From NCBI GenBank assembly GCA_001724265.1, contig MEDY01000054.1, forward strand, positions 124,001 to 188,000: a DNA stretch of 64,000 bases, read 5' to 3'. The notes beneath the pieces are model-generated. The model did no database searches. It was given only the letters and a program-made list of their open reading frames with translations, and had not been told where the DNA came from. Made by a program: the position numbers and the translations under genes. The DNA is from Rhizaria sp. SCN 62-66 (lineage: Eukaryota). Positions 54,106 through 64,000 of this stretch are shown here, piece after piece (the first letter of the stretch is position 1; each line of letters starts with the position of its first letter).

Positions 54106-54817
54106 CCTCAAGTGCGCGTTTGCGAGACCACGACGACGACGAGGAGGAGGAGTCCTGGGCAATCATACTGTCACCTTTAGAGCTTGCGCTAGAACTAAAG
54201 CTAGAGCTAGAGCTCGAGGAGCTGGGCTTTGCGGCGGAAGCTGCATCTCTCTTTCTGTCTGACGATGACTTAGAGCTGCTACTGCTACTGCTGCTGCTGC
54301 TCTTGCTACTGCTGTTGCTGCTGCTAGTTGGAGAGGCCGCCTTCACGGCGGGGGTGGCCGCCTTGCTGGAAGTGGGCTTGGGGGTCGGGGCCGGAGCCGG
54401 GGCCGGAGCCGGGGCCGGAGCCGGGGCCGGAGCCGGAGCCGGAGCCGGAGCCGGGGCCGGCGCGGGGGCGGAGGCGCCGGTGCGGCGGCCACCGCCCCAG
54501 AGCGGCATCAGAGCCGTGTCATAAACGGCGCGCTGCTTGGCGAGCTCCTGTACGGAGAGGCTCTCGAAGGCGCGCGCGGCGCGGAAAGCGGGCTCGCGCT
54601 TGACCCAGTGCTGGCCGACGATGTGGACCCACTCGACGGTGCACCAGGGCGAGCCCGCCTGCGCCTTGACCACAACGCCGAACAGCTGCTCCACGTGGAG
54701 GTTGCGCACGTAATCGTCCTCCGCCAGGCCCAGGTTCGCGTCGTCGATCGGGGCGAGCAGCAGCGTGCCCTTGACGACGTCCTCGGCCGTCGCCGTCACC
54801 TGCTTCGGGGTCGCCAT
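50576..54817 (-). CDS. PiggyBac transposase-derived (PGBD-like) protein lacking catalytic aspartates; in-frame TAG at 50758-50756, next stop TAA at 50578-50576
   Basis: Colinear piggyBac-like blocks: RRRYATGNQFVMG, HVYLLCSASS, GCAVMLSSRLSSVPLAAALLAMGIVTAGTVNPRQALAP, LPVVEMLF, LLDLVGALQSNAFVNY, DFAKRLAKALL. C-terminal Cys/His cluster CEGCRC...CCVECS..VWVCARCSLAHLH. The protein is 1353 aa to the TAG and 1413 aa to the TAA. Confidence 0.7.
54059..54102. repeat. (GCT)n microsatellite encoding poly-Ser on the minus strand
   Basis: Pure gct run of about 14 units. Confidence 0.9.
54388..54470. repeat. 6-bp tandem repeat encoding an (AP)n linker on the minus strand
   Basis: About 13 units of gccgg(a/g). 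Confidence 0.9.
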
Positions 54818-55481
54818 AATCGGACTCACTACTCTCGTGTCTCTGCGAAGGGGATAATGCAAGCGCTGAACGCGCAGAATGTGAGTTTAGAGCTGCAAAA
54901 AGAGGTATATGGAACGATGTGAGAGAAATCTCCCTTTCCAGCCAATGTATCCTTGTCAAGACGCACAGCAACACTCTCGGATAGGTGAGTGATGGGGCAG
55001 ACGCTAACGCGTTGTGTTATCGCCTATATATATACAAAACCATCGTGTAATAGCCATTAAACAGAATTCCGTAATATCAAACGGTCTATTTTATCAAAAA
55101 ATTTAAAGGCGAGACTTGAATTCATCGCACCACTGCAATATTTCACTTCAAAGGTAGATGCTCCACCACAACCACAAGCATACGAGTCGTCGCGGAACGC
55201 AAGTGATAATGAACATAAAATCAAGATGATGCACACAATAATACAAGTCGTCGTTTATGTGGAAAACATAGCTCGCGGAACCTTTAATAAAATAATCTGA
55301 TACATGTATTAATAAGCCTTCTGAACCTATCCTGGAATGCGGATCTAAGAAAACCCGACTCCGTAACATAGCACACATCGTCACACGCACACCAGACTCA
55401 GTGACCTCTCTCTGCGAAGTATGCTCTCCCTGGACGCAGGCGCCTTGTTCCCCCGTTACCGGCAGCGCGCTTGTACAGCGC

Positions 55482-57988
55482 TCAGTCGTCGTCAGCGAGC
55501 GGGGGCGCCTCGAAGAAGAGCGGCAGCCGGCCCTCGAGGCAATCCTTGATGATGTCCAGCCCCGCGCGGAAGGTGTCCGGGCGGCCTGAATCCTCGCACC
55601 AGCCCTTGCGCGCGGCGTAGGCCTCGCAGACGCGGTACGCCGACCACACGAAGCGCGCCGCGTGCCCGCCCGCGGATCCGGCCACGGTGAGGTCCTCGGC
55701 CAGAGCGCGGTCCAGCCGCGCGATCAGGCCGTCGCCGTCCGCGCCGTCGTCGTCGTCGTCGTGGCCGCCGCGGCCGCCGCGGCCCTTGGTCTTGTTCTTG
55801 ACGGCCTTGCCGCCGCCGGCCTTGCTGGCGCCGGGCCGGCTGGCAGCGACCTTGCCGCCGCTGGCGCCCGCGCCGGCCAACGGAGACGTCAGCGTGCCCG
55901 GCAGGAACTGCGGGAAGACCTCGGAGCCCGAGACTGCGCAGTGCTCGCCCAGGAACCCGCGCGCGGACGCCGTGCTGTTGTCGGCCACAGCAGCAGCGGT
56001 AGCGGAGGTGACGGAGCGCGCGCCGCCAGACGCGAGCGCGCCGCGGCCGGCCTCGGCAGTGGGCGCGAAGGAAGGGATGCGGCCGGGGGTCAGCGCTCCC
56101 GAGAGCGCGCAGTCCGAGTCGGGGGCCGTGTAGGGCGCGAGCGCGAAGGCCTCGACGAGCAGCAGACGCTCGGCGAGGAACTCAACGCACGAGTAGGGCT
56201 CGCGCAGCTGCGGCAGCGGGAAGATGCCCATGAGCACCTGCAACGGGCGCGGCATGTCAGCGGCGGGGAAAACGAGCCCCGGGCAGTCGCAGAGCTGGAT
56301 GTCGTCCTCGACCGTCACGCGCGCGATCGTCTGCAGGTGCTTGGTGTGGCCCGGCGTGTTGGAGACCGACACGGCGGTGCGCCCCAGCAGCGCGTTGATG
56401 ATCGACGACTTGCCCGCGTTGGGGTGCCCCACGAGCCCGACGGTGAAGACCTCGCCTGGGGCCGCCGCGCGGTAGGCCCGCTCGGCGCCAACGCGCGCGC
56501 GCTGCGTCGCCGCAGCCACAATGTGCGCCTTCATGCCGCGCACAGCGTCCGCGCGGCGCACCTTGGACACCTTGGTGCTCGCGAACCGCAGCAACGCCTC
56601 GCGCGCCTCCTCTTCGTCGTCGTCGGCAGCAACAGGAGTCGCTGTGTCAGCGGCAGTCTTGGCCTTGGCTTGGGCCTGGGCGTCGAGAGCGAGCTGCTGC
56701 TTGTGCAGCTGCTGCTTCTTGTCCTTGGAGGCGGCCGCGGCGGCCACGGCGTCGTCGTCGTCGCGGGCCGCCGCGCGCAGCGCCGCCGCCGCCGCAGCGA
56801 CCTCGGGGTCGCCCTCGGCCTCGGAGTCGGCCTCGGCCTGAGAGTCCTCGGCCTCAGCCTCGGCCTCGGAGTCCTCGTCCTCGTCTTCGTCCTCGTAGTG
56901 GGGGTGGTGCGCAGCGGAATTCGCGTCGTCGTCGTCGTCGTCTGTGTGGTCTGTGTGGTCGGCGCCGTCGGCGGGGGGGTAGAGCTCGCGCGCGTAGCGG
57001 CGCCAGGTGTCGAGCACCTCGGCGACGCCCACGGGCGCGGGCCGCTTGACGTTGGCGCGGCCGTCGAGCCCCAGCACGTTGCGGCGGCGCACGCGCAGGT
57101 CATGGTCCTCGAGCGTCACCGTGCCGGGCAGCGGGTAGGAGGAGAAGAGCAGAACCTCGAGCCCCGGATAGCGGCGCTCGAGCAGCGCCTGCCAGCGCAG
57201 CAGCACGGCCGAGGGCACCAGGTCGATCTTGTTGAGCACAAGCACCATGCGCTTGCGCATCTTGGTGACGACGAAGTCGTACAGCGAGGGCGGGAAGTGG
57301 AACAGCGGGTGACGCGCGTCGGCGCAGAGCACGAGGAGGTCGGAGAGCTCGCACACGCGCCAGAGCTGGCGCCACACGTCGAGGTTGTGCTCGAAGTGGT
57401 TCAGCCGCGACGGCGGGAAGGCGTTGTACACGATCGCAAGGTACTTCTCAAAGCGCTCGTTCTCGTTCGCGCGCACGGCTTCGCGCGTCATCTTGTTGTT
57501 CCAGTACGGGCGCAGCGGGATCGGAATGATGCGGCTGCGAAGGAGAATAACACGGGCAGGAAGGGAGCGAACGATGATGTCAGAAAAGGGGAATGTGAGC
57601 ATGTGTTAATGCAAGGGTGTGACTTCAAAACATAGATGTGCGAAAATGAGAAGTGCTTTCAAAGTGTGTAGGGTTGAAATACGTACCTATACATGCCGTC
57701 ATCGGCGATGCGCTTGGCGTCGGAGTAGTAAAAGGGGCGGAAGGCAGCCTTGACGCGCTTCTCGATGTCGATGCGCGACTCGCGGCTGTGGAAGACGGTG
57801 AAGATGGTGTTCTTGTTGCCGCGCGCGCTGGCCTCGGCCTCAGCATCTGTCAGGCGAAAGTTGTGTGACTCCTCCTCCACCACGGTTTGGTTCGTGCTCA
57901 GGTCCTCGGAGTGCATCGTCGTGCGGTCCGAAGCGCGCTTGGCGTTCATCTTGAGCCGGCGCTGCTTGCCGGACATAAACGTCGCCAT
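55482..57988 (-). CDS. GNL1: GNL1/HSR1-type circularly permuted GTPase (YlqF/YawG family), 2 exons, 784 aa
   Basis: Exons 57988-57687 and 57534-55482, intron GTACGT..CAG. Motifs: HFEHNLDVWRQLWRV, DARHPLFHFPPSLY, G4 NKID preceding G1 GHPNAGKSS, G2 TPGHTKH, G3 DCPG. Ends in TGA. Confidence 0.93.
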
Positions 57989-58121
57989 TGTGTCAGAGAT
58001 ATTACCTCAAAAGGTGTTTATACAAAGCCTACTCTGCGAGAAAAGATAATCCTCTTTCTACGGAGAGAGTCAATCACAGAAACAACTATGCGAGACCTCT
58101 GACCCTACCCTTCCGCCCTCC

Positions 58122-58134
58122 ACCACAAAAAAAA
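58122..58134 (-). promoter_or_regulatory. Recurrent upstream element TTTTTTTTGTGGT (copy upstream of GNL1)
   Basis: Identical 13-mer about 135 nt upstream of the GNL1 ATG. Confidence 0.5.
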
Positions 58135-59135
58135 GCTGACGGCCAACTGAAACCAGGTCAGAGAATCAATTCAAAATAGCGTTTAAGAAAATAATAAACA
58201 GTTTCCTAGTATAATTAGATATTATAATAATATAAAATTATTTTTTCATTAATTTATAACGTGTAAACATGATGTATACATTTTATTGAAAATAATTGGT
58301 AAAAAATAATTAAATTACGTTTTTAATTATTTTATACTTTTTAAAAAATATTAATGACTTCTAGCATCGTTTAAGCACAACTGGATCATCCCTTAAACCT
58401 TTTGTTGCGCACAGAAAAACGAAAGTTTAACGCAAACACATAGTTAATAAAATAGTTAAAAATGTAGTTAAATTCTAATTCTAATTTAATTAATGACACA
58501 TATGTTTTTATTGATGTCAATTAGTCAACACTTTTTAAACAGTACATAAATCACTAAATAATTTTTTAATATGTTTAATTAATAGTGGTATTAATTTTAG
58601 TTAATTAAACTATTATTTTAACTCATTTTAACAGGAAATGTCAAAGCATACGTCTAAACGAAGTGAAAAACCTGCAAAACTGCAAATGTCTATTCAATAT
58701 TACTTTTTGCAGTGCAGCGTTTGCACTGCACTGTAAAGTATCACAAATCAACATGATTTTGATCGCGAACAACGCTAACATTGTTCATCATTTGGCGTAT
58801 TGTTTGGTGAGCACGTACTTGCTCTGGTGCGAGCACTCGCACGATTTGTGCGCAAATCTGTCAAGGCAAACGCGTTCAAGCTGTCGCTTATCTATTAATT
58901 AGATTACATGCTCCGTACTACTCTTAAACCATCACTACATAATCCATCACAAGGACATTACACGAACGTCACACGAAACGCGTGTGTAAAGTATAAGTCG
59001 AATTTCACTATCACATTTTTTTTTCTGGTTCCGTTATATCCGCAGTGATCTTGTCCACCAACGTCAAACAATCAACTTTCGAGGGATATTATCGCCTGCA
59101 TGATGAGCAATGGAATGAAAGACTAATTGATATGA

Positions 59136-59181
59136 TCAAGCGGATGTGTATGGCACGTTCAAGCGGATGTGTATGGCACGT
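59136..59181. repeat. Perfect 23-bp tandem duplication
   Basis: tcaagcggatgtgtatggcacgt x2. Confidence 0.9.
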
Positions 59182-60122
59182 TTATATTAATACGTTAGTT
59201 GCAGCATCTTCCAAAACCATGGTAACACCTCAAACGTACCCCACATACCGAATGTATGATGGAATGCGAGCTGTCAAGTCGTGGAAGGGTGCCGTATTGG
59301 ATCACAAGCTGTGACCTACACGCATCTTTTCGTTCAATTCATGTCATAGTCGGTACTTATTAACATTTACATGCGGTTACGCGGCTGCGTAGTTAGTTGT
59401 ACGTGACTGTGACGGAGGCTCTGCAGTTGTCGTTCTGTGACAAGGGCTCTGCACTGCAGATGGTGACCGTAGTTAATACTGCGTCGGGGGCCGATGCAAC
59501 AACAGCGCCTGTGACTGCGAGTGCGGCCGGCGTTCTGCGCTGCTGTCAGGAGCACATGTGGACACTTGAGGATAGATTCACTGCATAGCTGTTCATAAAA
59601 AAGTTATATCCGTGTAACTTTAACTTGAAGATGACATTGTCATCAAATTTCAGTTGCTCACAACTTCTCTAGACGCTGTTATCAAAGTGAACGACTTGCG
59701 ACCAGCAGTTGAGTAATTGGAACGCGTTGAGACAACCTCGGCATGCGATTCCACCAATCCGACCTTGCACACAACTTTGAAGATGTCGCTCAACATCAGG
59801 ATCTCCGTGAACTCGAAAATCGCACTACAAGCGATAATTAAACGTTAAGTTTTCTATCATGTTTTAGTTTTAATATGTATATTACACATATTTGACTTGA
59901 GATCCTTATCCTCTTATCGCCTCTCCACAGTTTAAAGGTAACTGCTCTGGCCATCTTTATCTCACGTATCTCTACATGTATCTTTATTTCTGCGCTTCCC
60001 AGCCAACTCCGCAGGAATTAAATTGCTATAAACTTATATATTCTTGATTGCTCATCGAGTATCGCTATACCCGCACCCTAAACGAGCTCCTGACAGCCTC
60101 CTGTCTCGCGCAGCGACACGCT

Positions 60123-60169
<47 letters not shown>

Positions 60170-60170
60170 A
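60123..60170 (+). repeat. (CAG)14(CAA)2 tract immediately upstream of the NEK start codon
   Basis: Pure cag run followed by caacaa, ending 4 nt before the ATG at 60175. Confidence 0.9.
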
Positions 60171-60174
60171 CGAC

Positions 60175-61061
60175 ATGTCAAGCAAGACCCCGCACCACGG
60201 GCCCCCAGTCGCGCCACCGCGGCTCGTGCTCCCACTGCCCGGCGCCCTAGTCCCCTCATCGAGCTCCAGCTCCAGCTCCAGCGCGAACGCCAACGCGCTC
60301 GGTGGCAACGGCGGCAGCAATGTCAACGACGGCGCCGGCGGCGACAGCGACGAGGACTACGCGATTCTGCGCACAATCGGCCGCGGGCGCTTTGGGCGCG
60401 TGTTTGTGGCGCGCGAGGCGGCCTCCGGGCGGCTCTTCGTGCTCAAGGACGTGCACCTGGGCGGACTCTCGCGCGCCGAGCGCTCCGGCGCGCTGCAGGA
60501 GGCGCGCGTCCTGCAGACGCTGCGGCACCCGCACATCGTTGCGTACCGCGAGTCACGCGCCTCTGCCAGCGACCTCTACCTCGTCATGGAGTACTGCCGC
60601 GGCGGGGACCTGGCCGCGCACCTTGCGCTGCGCGCCGCCAACAGGGACCTCGCTGCCGCCGCCGCCGCGCGCGCCGCGCGCCTCGCCGCTCTGAAGCAGC
60701 ACCGCAAGGGGGGGAGCAACGTCGGCAGCAGCAGCGACGCGGAGGCTGAGGCCGCAGCGGACGCGGCCGCCGCGGCCGCCGCGGTCGCCGCGGGCGAGGC
60801 GTACTTGCTGCCTGAGGCGGCCGTGGCGGCGTGGGTGGCCGAGCTGGCCTGCGCGCTGGCCCTGGTGCACGCCCGCAGCATTCTGCACCGCGACCTCAAG
60901 ACGCAGAACGTCTTTCTCTCCGCGCTCCCGCCCCCGCCTGGCGCTGGCTCGGGGGGTGCGCTGGTGTGGCACGGGTCGCTGGCGGCGGCGGCGGCCGCCA
61001 AGGCGGCGCAGGCGGCGCGCGCGGCGGCTGAGGACGCCCTGGAGGCCGGCGACCCCGCGCG

Positions 61062-61092
<31 letters not shown>

Positions 61093-62273
61093 GCTGCCGC
61101 TGCCGCGGCCGCTGCGGCTGAAGAGGACGCTGCCGCCGCGGCGGAGGCCCTCCTAGAGGCCCAGGAAGAGGAGACCTGGTGCAACACCGCCAGTACCGAG
61201 CAAAGCAGCGGGAATACCGGTGAGACAAGCACTGGCCCTGGCACTGGCCCTGGAACTGGCGTTGGCGCTGATGCTGGCGGCGGCGCTCTGCCGTGGGTGA
61301 AGCTGGGCGACTTCGGCATCTCCAAGGTGCTGACTGCCGAGTCCGAGGTCTGCGACACGGTCATCGGCACGCCCTACTACCTCTCGCCCGAGATCTGCGA
61401 GGGGCGGCCCTACGGTGCCAAGTCCGACGTCTGGGCGCTGGGATGCGTGCTCTACGAGCTGTGCTCGCTGCGGCACGCCTTTGACTCGCAGTCGCTGCCC
61501 GCGCTTGTGCTCAAGATCCTCCGCGGCGCCTACCCGCCCGTGTCGGCCGCGCGCTACTCGGCGCCGCTGCGCTCGCTCTTGCACTCGCTGCTGCGCGTGG
61601 ACCCCGCGCAGCGGCCCTCGCTGGCCGAGGTTGTCGCGCACCCTTCCCTGGCCGAGGCCGTGGCGCGCGTACGGGCCCGCGAGCGCGACGCGCAGCGCAG
61701 GGACGAGCTCGCCCAGCAGTTACAACAACAACAACAGCAGGGACTGAACAGTGCGCGTCCCGGCACAGCGCGCCCCGGGACTGCGCGGCCGGGAACTGCG
61801 AGGCCGGGGACGGCTGGCACGGCGCGGGGCAGCGCGCGTCGCGGCAGCGGCATGCCGCTTGAGGACGAGGCCGTGGCCGCCGCGGCCGTGGCGGCCGTCG
61901 CGGCGGACTTTGCGCGCGCCAAAGAGCAGCCTGACAGCGCCGGCGCGGCCGACGCAGACACAGCTGCTCATGCGAGTGCGAAGAGTAAGGGCAAGACTGG
62001 GCAGGAAGGAGATGAGTCGCTGTCGCTCTCACTGGACAAGGACTGGCTCAAGCTCACACCTCGGCCGTTCTTGGTCGAAGACAAAGGCGAAGACACCAAC
62101 AAGAGCGGCGGCGGCAGCAAGAGCAACAGCAAGAGCAACAGCAAGAGCGCTGGCACGGACGCAGTGGACAAGGGTGGTCCGCGTAAGCAGTCATTTAGCG
62201 CCGCCAATGCTGCTGCTGCTGCTGCTGCAAGCAAGATCAAGGGTGCCAGAGACGGCAAAGATACCAGGGACGT

Positions 62274-62304
<31 letters not shown>

Positions 62305-64000
62305 CTCAGCGGCAACGCCAAGACGAACGCGCGCGACCGCGGCAGCAGCAACGGCAAGGCCGGCGGCGGCGGCGGCGGCATCGTCAACATCAACGTCAGC
62401 CTCAGCATCGCACCGGCCAAGGGCGGCGACAGCAGCAGCGGCGGCAGCGCGGGCAAGCGGGGCTCGCTGCCGCCTCTGCGCGGCGCCCCCCGGAGCGCCG
62501 CCGAGAGCAGCGCCGCCAGCAACGCTAGCAACAGCAACAACAGCGGCGGTGGCAGCGGCGGCAGCGGCGGCGGCGGGGCTGTGGCGGTGCCCGCGGCGCT
62601 GCTGGCCAACATGGAGCGCCGACGCGCCGAGGCAGAGCGCGCGCGCGCCGCGCGGGCAGAACTCAAGAACAGGCCCTCGGCTCCCGCCGTTGCTCCAGCT
62701 GCGCCAGGCGCGAAGGAGGCGGGCAAGGGCGGCGCGGCGCTGGTGTTGCCGCCGATCTCGGCCCGCGGCCGCGGCGGCCACAACAAGCACGCCGCTGCCA
62801 CCGCCGCGACGCCGGCGACGCCTGTTACGCCGGCCACGCCGGCTCCCGCCCCGTCCGCCGCGTCAGAGTCCTCGCACTCCGCTCACTCGTCGCACTCCCC
62901 ACAGCCCCCTCGGTCTCCCCGCCAGGGGTCGCCGCAGTCGCCGCCGTCGCCGTCGCCGTCGCCGCAGCGGCGCGCGATGACCCCGCGGCGGCAGGCGTGG
63001 TATCTACAGCAGGAGGCTGCGCTCGAGGGCCTTTGGGCGCAGGCCTCCGCCTCCGCCGATGCGCCCGCCGCCGACGCCGCCGCCGACGCGAGCGCTCAGC
63101 ACGGCAGCGGCAGGGCCAATAAGGCCAAACCCGCCATCGCTGCCCCGGCTGCCGCTGCTGCTGCCGCCATTCCTGTGACCGCGCCGGTGTCGTTCGACAC
63201 GGCGGCCGTGGCAGCTGCGGTGCGCCAGTCGTTCTCGCCCGCGCCACACAAGGCCCCCGCCGCTGCTGCCCCTGCTGCCCCTGCTGCGAGCAACGCACAG
63301 GCTAGCGCGAGCCCGAGCGCGGCCGCGGCTGCGGCGGCTGCGGCGGCGAACCTGGCCGTCGCGGCCGCCTTCGGCAAAGGCAAGCGCCAGGGCAAGGCAG
63401 GGGGCAAAGCTGCTGCAGCTGCTGCTGCCAAGCCCGGCAGCAAGAAGCCGTCGAAGCCGCAAAAGGGCCAGCAGCCACAGCAGCAGCAGCCGAAGCAGCC
63501 CGCGGCGGTGCGGCAGGCCCGCGAGCGTGAGCGCGCCGCCCTCGCCGCCGCCGTGGCCGCCGCCGCCGCCGCCGAGAGCGGTGGCGGCGGCGCTGGCGAC
63601 GAGGACGGGGATGGGATGCCGTTGTTCGACCTGGGCCCGGACAAGGCGGCGATCAAGGCCGAGTTCCTGAGGCGCGAGGCGGCGCGGCGCGCGGCCGAGG
63701 AGGCGGAGGAGCGCGCGCGGCGCCGGGACTTCCAGTCGCGCGTGCGGGGCGCTAAGGGCCGGCTCGACGTCGCCGCGCTGCGCAACGCCTTCAAACAGCA
63801 GCAGCAGGGGCAGGGGCAGGAGCTAGAGGGACAGGTGCAAGAGCAGGAGCAGATGAAAGAGCTGGGTCAGCAGCAGCCGCAGCAGCAGCGAGGTCGGGGG
63901 TCCAGGCCGCCCTCAGGCCCTGGCCCCGCTGGCTCCGGCTCTGGCTCTGGCTCCGGCTCTGGCGCTCAGCCGCCGCCGCGCCTGCGCCCCGCGCCCCCCG
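60175..64000 (+). CDS. NIMA-related (NEK) Ser/Thr kinase, 3' end truncated by the window edge (>1270 aa)
   Basis: IGRGRFGRV, FVLK, QEARVLQTLRHPHIVAY, LYLVMEYCRGGDL, HRDLKTQNVFL, KLGDFGISKVL, GTPYYLSPEICEGRPY, KSDVWALGCVLYELCSLRHAF. The frame appears open to the window end, consistent with its absence from the ORF track. Confidence 0.95.

Noticed and set aside
50576-54817. Active piggyBac transposon
   Set aside because: The catalytic aspartates appear absent, I see no terminal inverted repeats with a TTAA duplication, and composition is fully host-like.
59136-59181. CRISPR-like repeat
   Set aside because: Only two adjacent copies with no spacer, no cas genes, and a eukaryotic context.
60048-60749. 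PolyQ-containing 233-aa ORF
   Set aside because: It has a TTG start, overlaps the NEK kinase in another frame, and is Arg-rich shadow sequence after the CAG tract.

Overview
Gene-dense nuclear DNA of a microbial eukaryote; the lineage cannot be determined from this window. Coding regions are very GC-rich and Ala-rich, spacers are AT-rich, and spliceosomal introns are 101-272 nt with a GT(A/C)CG donor. I can support 14 protein-coding genes and one U6 snRNA gene. In order: an orphan ORF cut by the left edge, ribose-5-phosphate isomerase A, a giant ~8,400-codon EPG5-like gene, a putative myristoylated Zn-finger protein, RPB8, a Trx-Grx monothiol glutaredoxin, a degenerate CPBP/CAAX-protease-like membrane protein, an R3H x3 + EF-hand + mitochondrial carrier fusion, U6, PTAR1, CSTF1/CstF-50, TMEM43, a catalytically dead piggyBac-derived protein, GNL1 GTPase, and a NEK kinase cut by the right edge. 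Main observations: (1) two in-frame TAG codons sit inside otherwise continuous coding sequence (12289-12291 on +, 50756-50758 on -). Read through, all 12 complete genes end in TGA or TAA and none in TAG, suggesting UAG is a sense, readthrough or edited codon. (2) An apparently unusual triple-R3H/SCaMC carrier fusion has decayed Ca2+ loops. (3) A domesticated piggyBac transposase derivative lacks its DDD triad. (4) U6 has an upstream TATA and a B box just downstream of its terminator. (5) An identical 13-mer, TTTTTTTTGTGGT, lies upstream of three gene-expression housekeeping genes. All family assignments come from motif recognition by eye; no database searches were run.
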